IMG/VR virus record: IMGVR_UViG_3300030613_000136 | Span: 1 to 35,888 of that record | DNA: 35,888 bases | DNA from: a virus | Taxonomy: Duplodnaviria > Caudoviricetes | Strand: one strand, 5' to 3' | Shown here: piece by piece, positions 1 through 8,650 of the stretch | Position numbering within the stretch: position 1 is the first letter of the stretch | Layout: each line of letters opens with the position of its first letter | Made by a program: the position numbers and the translations under genes | The notes under the pieces: model-generated | Told to the model about the DNA's origin: nothing | The model's database searches: none | What the model saw: only the letters and a program-made list of their open reading frames with translations

Positions 1-395
1 AGCTTTGAGCTTTCTCTCAAGACAGGACAATATATCTCGTTCGGAATGTATTCTCCGTTTTCTTGGCGCGACGGAACTTCGCAAAGAACAGAAACTATTC
101 CGATAGAAGGCCTTTTGCCAGATGGTCTGTATCCTAACGCTTTCGCAAACGACGTGACATTCTCGATTTGTTTTGCGTTTTCTTTCAATTCCTCAAACTG
201 CATATCTTGATAATGAGAAAGAACATCTCCAACGTATGAAACAAGTTCAAGTATAGCCATTCCAGACGACGTTTCGTTGTAATCTTGGAACGCACCAGAC
301 TGATGAGCTTTCGTGTACTCCATCAGATCTCGTTTGAAAGACGAGAAATCACGATTCAAATATTTCACGTTTTTTTCTTTGAAGTCTATCGACAC
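1..395 (-). CDS. Baseplate wedge subunit, T4 gp6-like (runs off window edge)
   Basis: Hand translation from GTG at 395 (GGGAGAG upstream): MSIDFKEKNVKYLNRDFSSFKRDLMEY...DYNETSSGMAILELVSYVGDVLSHYQD...AKALGYRP, a typical gp6 N-terminus; next to a gp25-like gene. Confidence 0.85.
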   Translation of the reverse strand, partial: MSIDFKEKNVKYLNRDFSSFKRDLMEYTKAHQSGAFQDYNETSSGMAILELVSYVGDVLSHYQDMQFEELKENAKQIENVTSFAKALGYRPSGKRPSIGIVSVLCEVPSRQENGEYIPNEIYCPVLRESSK

Positions 396-409
396 TCTAG
401 CTCTCCCAT

Positions 410-802
410 TCAGTCTACTATAACTTGAAATCTGCTGGAAAGACTTGGATTGTATTTCAGCGAGAAGGATATCGATATCACAAACGCATTCTGTGGAATA
501 GAATTATCGTTAGAATAATCAGCAACATTCAGGTTGTCTACCGATATGAATGGCAACCAAGTCTCAACTTGCTGAAGAATTCTTGCTGCTATTTTCGCTC
601 GTATCTCGTCATTTCTGAAATTTTCAAACAAAAATTCTCTTAAATTACACCCAAAGTAAAAATGACAAACACGCTCTCCCCAGTTAGTGAGCAACAAAGA
701 TCTCAAGTTATTTGTAGCGGCAGACAACTGATCGCTTGTCATTTCTAAAAACCCGACAGAACCAGTCGATTTAGCTAGTGGAAAAGTCAAACCTATCGCC
801 AT
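410..802 (-). CDS. Baseplate wedge protein, gp25/GPW family
   Basis: NLRSLLLTNWGER...FGCNLREFLFE...WLPFISV motif; start moved to ATG 802 (AGGAG SD). Confidence 0.85.
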   Translation of the reverse strand: MAIGLTFPLAKSTGSVGFLEMTSDQLSAATNNLRSLLLTNWGERVCHFYFGCNLREFLFENFRNDEIRAKIAARILQQVETWLPFISVDNLNVADYSNDNSIPQNAFVISISFSLKYNPSLSSRFQVIVD

Positions 803-844
803 ACATTCTCCTACGAATAGATAGGTAACCAACAACGTTTGTTG

Positions 845-1375
845 TCAAGAGACAGGAAGCACCGACGCTACAGGCGGTGCAGACGTTGTTGTGGCTAACA
901 CTTGCAATTTTGTCGTCCACGAATAAAGCGTTTTAGACAACACAAGAGAAACTTCTTCAAGAGTCATCGGCGAATCACGTGAATTAATCATCTTCAGTAT
1001 ATCGGCTGACAACCCAGCAGCTGAAGCAGAGACTGAAATCGGAACAACTGGATTTGTTGGTATGAAGCCCGGCCCCGCAAAAATGACAGGCGACCAATAC
1101 GCAGCAAACCCTGGACCGAAGCCCGCCAGCAAAGGCATTGCTAACAACGATTGAAGAGCAGATTTCAATCCTGGAGAAACTACAGTTAGCGCTCCCGCCA
1201 TTGGCACGCTTGAAACAACCCAGTTATCGTATGCTTCTGTCAAAGCAGCGCAAACTTCGTTTGGAATGCTTGGGTGAGGAGGAGTTTGCGGATAAGCTAC
1301 CTTTCTTCTTCCTTCTCGCAGATCGTTGAACACGTTAAGCAATTGAAGCTGCAACGTGTTTTGCATCAACGTCAT
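845..1375 (-). CDS. Hypothetical virion/baseplate-associated protein
   Basis: Ala/Pro/Gly-rich ORF between spike and gp25 genes; ATGA overlap sets start at 1375. Confidence 0.6.
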   Translation of the reverse strand: MTLMQNTLQLQLLNVFNDLREGRRKVAYPQTPPHPSIPNEVCAALTEAYDNWVVSSVPMAGALTVVSPGLKSALQSLLAMPLLAGFGPGFAAYWSPVIFAGPGFIPTNPVVPISVSASAAGLSADILKMINSRDSPMTLEEVSLVLSKTLYSWTTKLQVLATTTSAPPVASVLPVS

Positions 1376-2160
1376 TTGAAACACTTCTGCCCAAGTTCTG
1401 CTAACTTGGCTATAGCAGTGGGCCATTGAGCAGTTGTCAATGGATGAGAACCTGGAGAAGGAGATGCTAACGAACTCGCTTCAATCGAAGACGGACCTAG
1501 TCCAGCTGGTAGACTAGGACCCATCGACGTCATGTGACCATGATTAGCTACGAGAAAAATCAACGTGTTGAAAAGTTCTTTCCAGTCATTTCCAGCAGAT
1601 CCAGCAAGTTTGAAATGAGGAGAGTCCACAGTCACGTCTGAATCTTTGATAGTTAGCTGAGTTTGACCGAAGTTAACGTTTAGCTTGTCTCCGTCGAATT
1701 CAACAAAATTCGAACCAAAGTTCACTACAAACTTGTCACCACTCAAAAACACATAGTGTTTGTCGTCATCGTTCACACAAATTTTTGTATCTACTCTAGA
1801 AACTATTCTTACGAAGTCAGATTTCAAAACAACTGCTGGAACTGCGTTGCTAGATTTCTGTATAGACGAAATTTCAAGATTGTCGTCTACGTTAGACTTC
1901 ATCGTGACATAAACGAAAGATTTGTCTGCAGAAAAATCAGGATCAGAATCAGCTCTACCAGCGATTAAATGAATAGTTCCTGTTCCTTCTCCTTTGCCAG
2001 ATGCGTCTATATGACCTAAGCCATCGTCTATCGAAGCCTGTCCCGACGCTGCTCTGTCTGTGCCAAGAACTATTAAAGCGTTGTTTGAACCTTCCGCTAC
2101 GTAGTCTCCGTAACGACGAACAAACTTAGGAACTTGTTCTACAATCACGTCGTATGACAT
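1372..2160 (-). CDS. Baseplate central spike, C-terminal part (beta-helix with HxH apex)
   Basis: GD...EGSNNALIVLG, short beta-strand repeats and C-terminal HGHMTSMGPS, as in gpV/gp138-type spikes. Confidence 0.65.
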   Translation of the reverse strand: MSYDVIVEQVPKFVRRYGDYVAEGSNNALIVLGTDRAASGQASIDDGLGHIDASGKGEGTGTIHLIAGRADSDPDFSADKSFVYVTMKSNVDDNLEISSIQKSSNAVPAVVLKSDFVRIVSRVDTKICVNDDDKHYVFLSGDKFVVNFGSNFVEFDGDKLNVNFGQTQLTIKDSDVTVDSPHFKLAGSAGNDWKELFNTLIFLVANHGHMTSMGPSLPAGLGPSSIEASSLASPSPGSHPLTTAQWPTAIAKLAELGQKCFK

Positions 2161-2166
2161 GTCATT

Positions 2167-2778
2167 TCACTTGAAAAGAGAACTCAGTTTATCTGTTCTT
2201 TTAGTCTCTGCTGCAGATTCGTCGGTGTCAAACTTTTTCGAATTAGACGATGACAAACCTTTAGTGTCTGAAAACTTGTCAGACAAATTTGACCCGTCTT
2301 GTTCTACGAAAAAAGAACTGCCAGGTGCGTAATTTACACCGACATGCCCAGCAACTTTCGATGTCCAAAGTCCGTGCTGCTGACTAGCATCTTCGAAAAG
2401 AACGTAAACGTGTTCACCTGGCTTGATGGGTATTGACATGTTCTCTGGAAAAAACGGCCAAAACACTTTCAAATTATCGTCTGAAGAAAACTTGTCAAAT
2501 CCATCAGTCAGTAAACGAGCCTTTATGCTATTCGGAGGATTGCTTGGTCCAACTCTTGCTTGAACATTGAACTTTTTGCCGCTTACGTTATGCTCTACTC
2601 CTCCAGACGAATCTGGATTTTCTAGATTGCCGCCTTCTACATCAACTGCAACGACAAGCGCACGAAAAAGAAATTGATTATCGTTAGCTTCGCGATCGCC
2701 AACGACATTTTTTCGTATTACTTCTTGAAAAAAGAGTTCAGGTCTTCTAAAACGATCTCTAGAAAAATCTGATGTCAC
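2167..2778 (-). CDS. Baseplate spike/hub OB-fold protein (gp5 N-terminal-like)
   Basis: WPFFP...PIKPGEHVYVLF OB-fold-like motif; baseplate context. Confidence 0.6.
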   Translation of the reverse strand: MTSDFSRDRFRRPELFFQEVIRKNVVGDREANDNQFLFRALVVAVDVEGGNLENPDSSGGVEHNVSGKKFNVQARVGPSNPPNSIKARLLTDGFDKFSSDDNLKVFWPFFPENMSIPIKPGEHVYVLFEDASQQHGLWTSKVAGHVGVNYAPGSSFFVEQDGSNLSDKFSDTKGLSSSNSKKFDTDESAAETKRTDKLSSLFK

Positions 2779-3065
2779 TGTTTAATCGCCTCTTGCTCTT
2801 CTGAAATTTCATCGAAAATAGAATCTGCGTGTTTCTCTTTTGTTTCCTTCACACCCTTAGTTCCGACCTTCACGAGTTCAACTAGCTGCGCATTTATCTT
2901 CGTCAGCGCTTCAGACAAGCGCGCTACATTTTCTGTTGCAAACCCCAAATTCGCTTGGTCTTCAGAAGACAATACATTCATAAGCGAATCACGCACACGT
3001 TCTATCGTGTGCCTGTCGCTTCGAGCATTCGTCAATATTTCAGTGACAAGATCATCAACGTCCAT
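2775..3065 (-). CDS. Hypothetical helical protein
   Basis: 96-aa ORF coupled to both neighbours. Confidence 0.65.
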   Translation of the reverse strand: MDVDDLVTEILTNARSDRHTIERVRDSLMNVLSSEDQANLGFATENVARLSEALTKINAQLVELVKVGTKGVKETKEKHADSIFDEISEEQEAIKQ

Positions 3066-3702
3066 CTTCTTGGTACTTCCTCTTCCACTCGTCGTAAAAA
3101 ATCTTCAACGACTTAAGACTAGCAACTATTTGCTTCGTGTTGAAACCAGTCAACTCTCTCAAGTATAAGTAGATTGCTTTTTTGTTAAAAATCGTGATCA
3201 TGTCCGAGTTACTGAAAATGGTGTCGACTGCAGAAAGCACGTCTCTATCGATTTTCTTCGTCAACTTCGATGACCAGCAACTCATGTTTTTTCTAAAATT
3301 TTTCCACTGTTCCAACTCTTCAACTGCACTTTCATGAGGATTCACTGTGAACTCTGGATCTGTCGAAAGCGATTCAAAGTCAACGAGATCATTGCTTCGT
3401 TTATTCCTTTTCGCACAATCCCTAGACTTCTGTATGAACCAATTTCTTGCGACGACGTTGAAATACGAAAAGCCCTTTGTTCCCTTCGTAGCATCAAACT
3501 TAGTCAAAGTCTCAAACAAGTACGTCATACATTCTCTCTTGAGAGTCTCTACGTCTCCCAAGTTGTAAAATCCGTAAACAAATATCAAGCTCTCTATCAA
3601 CTTTTCAAATGCTGGTCTGATTTCGTCGTTGAAAACCTTTTTGTCATTTGTCAAAACATATTCTACTATGGCGTCGTCTGTGCTTTTCGTGAAATAATTC
3701 AG
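3055..3702 (-). CDS. Phage RNA polymerase sigma factor (gp55-like late sigma); probable CTG start
   Basis: Region-2-like FDATKGTKGFSYFNVVARNWF and NKKAIYLYLRELTG; the frame extends upstream of TTG 3654 through NYFTKSTDDAIVEY to CTG 3702. Confidence 0.7.
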   Translation of the reverse strand: MNYFTKSTDDAIVEYVLTNDKKVFNDEIRPAFEKLIESLIFVYGFYNLGDVETLKRECMTYLFETLTKFDATKGTKGFSYFNVVARNWFIQKSRDCAKRNKRSNDLVDFESLSTDPEFTVNPHESAVEELEQWKNFRKNMSCWSSKLTKKIDRDVLSAVDTIFSNSDMITIFNKKAIYLYLRELTGFNTKQIVASLKSLKIFYDEWKRKYQEDGR

Positions 3703-3720
3703 ATCATCCTCTTTCCATTT

Positions 3721-3999
3721 TCAATCTTTGTTTGTCAGTTCTTTCATTCTAACACCAAATTCTTCAAGACGTTTTGAAATTATACCCATGTTTTTGTTTG
3801 CTGCTCTCACTTCTTCTGATGATTCGTACAACGACGTAGACAATAAATTCTCGAAATATTTCACATTTACGTCTATATCGAACGCGAACAGCTCAAACAA
3901 ATCATCAAATTGAAAAAGTCTATGGGACATACGAATTATTCCATACACTAGCGCGATATTTATGACGACTGACACAAAAAGAAAAATTTCGATTATCAT
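3721..3999 (-). CDS. Membrane-anchored hypothetical protein
   Basis: N-terminal TM segment IIEIFLFVSVVINIALVYGII; ATGA overlap sets start at 3999. Confidence 0.65.
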   Translation of the reverse strand: MIIEIFLFVSVVINIALVYGIIRMSHRLFQFDDLFELFAFDIDVNVKYFENLLSTSLYESSEEVRAANKNMGIISKRLEEFGVRMKELTNKD

Positions 4000-4184
4000 T
4001 TCTTCACGCTCGAATAACCATCTTTCGCCCAACAGCAGCCTTTGAAAATCGCGATCGGAGCAAACAAAACATTCTTCATAACGACGTTACATGTCACGCA
4101 AATCGGAGCTTCTCGCTCAGACATCTTTTGCAAAAGATCAAACTTATTTCCACACTTTTCGCAAGAATAAACGTATATCGGCAT
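3996..4184 (-). CDS. FmdB-family zinc-ribbon protein
   Basis: MPIYVYSCEKCG...CVTC...FKG..W. Confidence 0.85.
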   Translation of the reverse strand: MPIYVYSCEKCGNKFDLLQKMSEREAPICVTCNVVMKNVLFAPIAIFKGCCWAKDGYSSVKK

Positions 4185-4187
4185 ACG

Positions 4188-4379
4188 TCACCCGTTGTCT
4201 CTCTTACTTTTGTATTCTTCTGACAGAAGCAAAAGAGAGTTGCTGTACGTTCGACCGTGATCAACTGTCGGAACATCCAAGTCAATCTCTCTCAACATTT
4301 CAGACACATCGATTCCTTCAAGAATTCCCTTCTGCACTATGTTGACGATCTCAAGCAAAACTTCAGCAGACAATTTCAT
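4188..4379 (-). CDS. Hypothetical protein
   Basis: 63-aa ORF with GAGGAG SD. Confidence 0.7.
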   Translation of the reverse strand: MKLSAEVLLEIVNIVQKGILEGIDVSEMLREIDLDVPTVDHGRTYSNSLLLLSEEYKSKRDNG

Positions 4380-4388
4380 GTTTTCTCC

Positions 4389-5315
4389 TCACGTTGGAAC
4401 GCTTGTCCCAAACTTTTGAACTACTTTTCTTGAACATTCGTTTGCAAACCTTATCGCCATCCTGAGATCGTCATGGGCAAGAAGCGAAAACGTCATGGCA
4501 GCTGTATGAGTGTCACCGCAACCTGTCACATCGCTTGTTGCAACAGACAACGACGGGAAGTTTTCAGTCAACGTTATGTATCTTTCGTCATTCGCAGACA
4601 CGACGTTCTTGTGACTGTCTTTTATCGACTTCAGCATCTGACGAAGTTCGGCTCCGTCCTTGCCTTTCGTCACGACAACGTTCGTGAACAGACTCTCGAC
4701 ATTGACGTACGGAGCCTTTGAAACTTGTCTAGAATATTCAAATTCGTTTATCTTCAATACTAGCGAACCCTTGAACATCGAGAGATCTAACCTCTTCGAA
4801 TCGACGACGATGAAACCGGGAGAACATGATTTGACAATCAAATCTACTATCTGAGCGTTGAGCGTTCCTTTGTCGTAATCTGAAAATATTATCGCGTCGA
4901 ACTTGTGAATCTCTGCGCTCAAGAAGAACGACAGCATTCTTTTAAACACATCAATACGATTTTGATCGAAGCTCTTGAAATTGTCGCATCTCAGCACGTA
5001 CTTCATGTTGTCGTCTACGAATCTATCCTTGCGCATCGTAGAACCGCTAGAGCACAAAATTGTGTTTATTCCTATGTTCTCTATTATCTTTCTGTCTCGT
5101 TCGTCAACGATACCAGACAAATACACTTCTACGTCGTTTACACCCAAAATTTTCAAGTTATGCGCGACATTCGCTGCTCCACCCAAGCGGCGCTCTTGTT
5201 TCACTACATCCCACACTGGAATCTTTGCCTCAGAAGCGATCCTATTCGACGTGACATAAACGTAATTGTCTATCATTATGTCGCCCGCGACTAAGACTCT
5301 CTTCTTATCTTCCAT
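4389..5315 (-). CDS. PfkB-family sugar kinase, HldE/RfaE domain I-like
   Basis: GDIMIDNY, LGGAANVAHNL, FSDYDKG, DVTGCGDT. Confidence 0.9.
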   Translation of the reverse strand: MEDKKRVLVAGDIMIDNYVYVTSNRIASEAKIPVWDVVKQERRLGGAANVAHNLKILGVNDVEVYLSGIVDERDRKIIENIGINTILCSSGSTMRKDRFVDDNMKYVLRCDNFKSFDQNRIDVFKRMLSFFLSAEIHKFDAIIFSDYDKGTLNAQIVDLIVKSCSPGFIVVDSKRLDLSMFKGSLVLKINEFEYSRQVSKAPYVNVESLFTNVVVTKGKDGAELRQMLKSIKDSHKNVVSANDERYITLTENFPSLSVATSDVTGCGDTHTAAMTFSLLAHDDLRMAIRFANECSRKVVQKFGTSVPT

Positions 5316-5814
5316 TTTTGATCCTTTCAGACAAACTCGTGGAAGAAAATCCTTCTACGGTGTCAACGAAAATCACGGGAGCAAATTCAGATCCAACTAC
5401 TTTTTGTCCCTTGTAGTCAGAACCTTTCACTATCACGTCAGGACAAAGAACTTCGATCAATTTCAACGGAGTGTCTTCGTCGAAGATCAAGGCACAATCT
5501 ACTGAGCGTAAAGCTACAAGAATAGAAGCCCTCGAAAGTTGGTCGGTGAACGGTCTGTCTTGGCCTTTGTTACTCCTTACTGATCTATCTGAATTCACGC
5601 CGACGACAACGGCGCCTCTCGGCCCGGCCAAAGAACGACAATAATTGAGCAACTTTATGTGTCCTGGATGGATGAGATCAAAACAGCCGTTAGTAAAAAC
5701 AACCCTGCTGTAACCCGTACCTCCGTACATTTTTCGTCCGTGTTCATGAAACGAATTAACCATGACTGTATACGGTTGTTCAGTCGAGGATATCAAGTAT
5801 TCTTGCGAAGTCAT
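5305..5814 (-). CDS. Sugar-1-phosphate nucleotidyltransferase, HldE/RfaE domain II-like
   Basis: VFTNGCFDLIHPGH, GVNSDRSV..KG..RP, FDEDTP, VKGSDY, SST; exact start uncertain. Confidence 0.92.
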   Translation of the reverse strand: MTSQEYLISSTEQPYTVMVNSFHEHGRKMYGGTGYSRVVFTNGCFDLIHPGHIKLLNYCRSLAGPRGAVVVGVNSDRSVRSNKGQDRPFTDQLSRASILVALRSVDCALIFDEDTPLKLIEVLCPDVIVKGSDYKGQKVVGSEFAPVIFVDTVEGFSSTSLSERIKNGR

Positions 5815-6121
5815 CTACATTAATTCCTTTGTCGTCGATGTAAATGTCACCCGCTGGCTTTCCGAAAATCAACTCGTCGTAACAAATACTGTTTTTAACA
5901 AGCCATTGCTCAGTGATCATTTTGTATTTGTTCTCAGCTTCGACTTGATTTCCTTTGCACGAATTCATGCCACGAGCAGTGTAAATTACCACGTAGTCGC
6001 CGTGAATAGTTGCTGAAAACAAAAATTTCTTCATCTTTTCATTGACTTTTGCACGGTGATAATTCTTAGAAGTTTCCTGACTGCAAAGAGTTCCATCAAG
6101 ATCGACGATTATTCGTTTCAT
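5780..6121 (-). CDS. HAD-superfamily phosphatase (capsule-biosynthesis phosphatase-like)
   Basis: DLDGTL, YTARG, YDELIFGKP.GDIYIDDK; ATGA overlap sets start at 6121. Confidence 0.88.
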   Translation of the reverse strand: MKRIIVDLDGTLCSQETSKNYHRAKVNEKMKKFLFSATIHGDYVVIYTARGMNSCKGNQVEAENKYKMITEQWLVKNSICYDELIFGKPAGDIYIDDKGINVDDFARILDILD

Positions 6122-7050
6122 TTGTCTGTCACCACACGATCTTTCTGTGACTCCCAATTACGATCCTCTCTAACTTCGAGATTTCTTTCGTAAACGGTAG
6201 TGAACATGCGTTCTTTGACACCAATTTGCTTAGCAAAACTTATTAAGTTATTGATATCCTTACAAAAGCAATGACCGCCGAAGCCTAACGAACCATCAGG
6301 TCCTGGAACTATCGTATGGCCAGCCCCGATCCTGTCATCGAGAACGGCAAGCTGTCTCACGTCCTCGTAGTTGACTCCAAGTTTTAAGCAAATCTGATAC
6401 ATCTCGTTGCTGAACATGACCTTCGTCGCGAGCATTCCGTTAGCGTACAACTTCACCAATTCAGCCGTAGTCGAATCAGTTTGGATTATCAAGCGCTTGC
6501 CGTCAAGCATTTTGAGATCAGCTTCAGCGAAATACTTGCAAACAACGAGCGCGTCGTCCTGGTCGCCGCCAACGATTATCCTGTTTGTGTTCTTGAAATC
6601 GTTTATGCTATTCGCTTCAGTCAAAAATTCAGGAGAAAACACTATCCTCATCGGAAGATACTTGTCCTGCATTTCATCAGTGAATCCTGGATACACTGTC
6701 GACTTGATAACGATGATGAATGAGTCAACGTTTCTACCGATTTTAGCTGCCGTTTCCTTGATGTTCTGAAGAACTTCGTCGATGAATCCAGTGTAGCACG
6801 AGCCATCTTTTCGCATTGGAGTCGGCACGGCGATGCAGATCACTTCAGATCTAGCGACGACATCGTCTAACGTGCTTAACGGGCCATTCTGATCTGCTGG
6901 CATAGCTTTGTCGTAAACGACGACCGCGCACTTGTCCTTGAAGAATTCGTACACTGCCTTGCCTATGAACCCAAATCCTATCTGACCGACTGTGGCGTTA
7001 GCCATCTTGAAAGTTTCAATAAAATCTTTGGAATTGATGTCTACGGTCAC
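6118..7050 (-). CDS. UDP-glucose/GDP-mannose 6-dehydrogenase family
   Basis: GFGFIG, IAVPTP, IKSTV.PG, FSPEFL, GFGGHCFCKD. Confidence 0.92.
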   Translation of the reverse strand: MTVDINSKDFIETFKMANATVGQIGFGFIGKAVYEFFKDKCAVVVYDKAMPADQNGPLSTLDDVVARSEVICIAVPTPMRKDGSCYTGFIDEVLQNIKETAAKIGRNVDSFIIVIKSTVYPGFTDEMQDKYLPMRIVFSPEFLTEANSINDFKNTNRIIVGGDQDDALVVCKYFAEADLKMLDGKRLIIQTDSTTAELVKLYANGMLATKVMFSNEMYQICLKLGVNYEDVRQLAVLDDRIGAGHTIVPGPDGSLGFGGHCFCKDINNLISFAKQIGVKERMFTTVYERNLEVREDRNWESQKDRVVTDK

Positions 7051-7051
7051 G

Positions 7052-8047
7052 TTATCTCCAATCTGCGATTAGCTTATTAAATCTAGTAGCTTGCACTTTC
7101 CAATCTTCAGACACTGCGAGATCACGAGCGTTCTTACCGATCTTCTTCCAATTTCCGTTGTTGACGTTTTCAAGTATCAACTTCGGCCACTCATGTATCC
7201 CAGCTACTACACCATCTCTAAAGTTATTTATGACTTCAGAAGGCGTACCCATATTCGGAGGATAAAGGACCAAACTTCCAGCTGCTTGAGCTTGTCTGTA
7301 CGCTCTAGACGACGGTTCCTTGAACGTCGAAGTGTAAGGAAGAATTCCGCACACGTTGAACAAGCTCCACAGCACTTGTCCGTTTGAAACATTGTCGTAA
7401 TACGAGATAGCTGGATGTTTGATCCTAGAAACTCCATTGACGTAATCTGGGTAACACACGTTGAGTTTGAACTCTTTGTCAAGCTGATGCATCACTATAG
7501 CTAACTGCGTAGCGAGTAACAAACCGCGTCCTGGATCTGATGCCCACAACATCTGATGCGGATCTTTATTCTCAGCCGGCCCGTACACGTTTGTGTCGAC
7601 GCCGAACGTATATCCCGAATGAAACATTTCTGGAGGGAGCGGAATCTCTTGTTTCAACTGTCTTTCGTGCCATGTCTTGTAACAGAGGATGCCATTCAAT
7701 TCTTTTCTGTTCGCTGCGCCGACGACTGCGTCTTTCCATTCGCTTGAATACGAATGATCACAAGTGTGAAGCAAGTTGATCGCTCCATCAACGTATAACT
7801 CTGGAAACCATTTTCTCCAATGGATTACGACATCATACTTTTCTTTTGCAGTTATGAACGTTTTCTCAGTTTGATGACGTAAAACAGAATCATTGTCGTT
7901 TTGATCCACTGTAGTAAGCGTGACATCGTTTTCTCCATAATACGAATAATACCACGGAATTTCAAGATGAAATCTGTCAAAAAAATACGAATATCCCTTG
8001 TTGAGCTCCTGATATTTTCTCTTGACCCCAACGAATGCGATCTTCAT
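7052..8047 (-). CDS. Glycosyltransferase (GT-B, GT4-like)
   Basis: WASDPGRGL, YTSTFKEPSSRAYRQAQAAG. Confidence 0.75.
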   Translation of the reverse strand: MKIAFVGVKRKYQELNKGYSYFFDRFHLEIPWYYSYYGENDVTLTTVDQNDNDSVLRHQTEKTFITAKEKYDVVIHWRKWFPELYVDGAINLLHTCDHSYSSEWKDAVVGAANRKELNGILCYKTWHERQLKQEIPLPPEMFHSGYTFGVDTNVYGPAENKDPHQMLWASDPGRGLLLATQLAIVMHQLDKEFKLNVCYPDYVNGVSRIKHPAISYYDNVSNGQVLWSLFNVCGILPYTSTFKEPSSRAYRQAQAAGSLVLYPPNMGTPSEVINNFRDGVVAGIHEWPKLILENVNNGNWKKIGKNARDLAVSEDWKVQATRFNKLIADWR

Positions 8048-8650
8048 CTAATACTCCGGCCAAACGAAGTCACCCTTTTTTGCAGTGAAAAACAAGTTCC
8101 AATTCTGTTGATGCGTTTCACCATTTTCGTTGACAATTGCTTCGTCTATGTCAACAAATCCACTTTCAGTCAAATACTCTCTCAACGTTGTTTTAGTGAA
8201 CGAATTGTAATGAAAATTTCCCTCGTAATCTTGACCACCGAAAATTCTATGCATAGCGGCACGTTTTATCAATCTTGAAGATTGTCTGCAGGAAGCGCAT
8301 TCCGTTTCCCATACCTGTACTCTGGACCCACACTTGTTACACAGAAATTGTTCTTCGCCCAATATAGTGTACGCGCATTCTTGAAAATCTGGGGTCTGAA
8401 TGTTAAGCTTTCCTCCGACTTTCAAAATTCTCCAACATTCTTGAAAAACAATCTCTGTCTTAGAATATGGAATGTGCTCCAAGAAGTCTATCATCAAAAT
8501 CTCGTCTGCGATGTCAGAATCGAAATCCCATCGAGATCTTGTTTCCAACTCGTCTATCAGATTTCTCTTCAAAACTCCTGGAAAATCCCGTAAATCAACG
8601 TTCACATATCCTTTACGTATGTCTCTGCCGCATCCCAAATTCAATTTCAT
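8048..8650 (-). CDS. Class I SAM methyltransferase with Zn-ribbon insert
   Basis: LNLGCG, DFLEHI, RILKVGG...PD; CNKC/CASC insert. Confidence 0.85.
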   Translation of the reverse strand: MKLNLGCGRDIRKGYVNVDLRDFPGVLKRNLIDELETRSRWDFDSDIADEILMIDFLEHIPYSKTEIVFQECWRILKVGGKLNIQTPDFQECAYTILGEEQFLCNKCGSRVQVWETECASCRQSSRLIKRAAMHRIFGGQDYEGNFHYNSFTKTTLREYLTESGFVDIDEAIVNENGETHQQNWNLFFTAKKGDFVWPEY

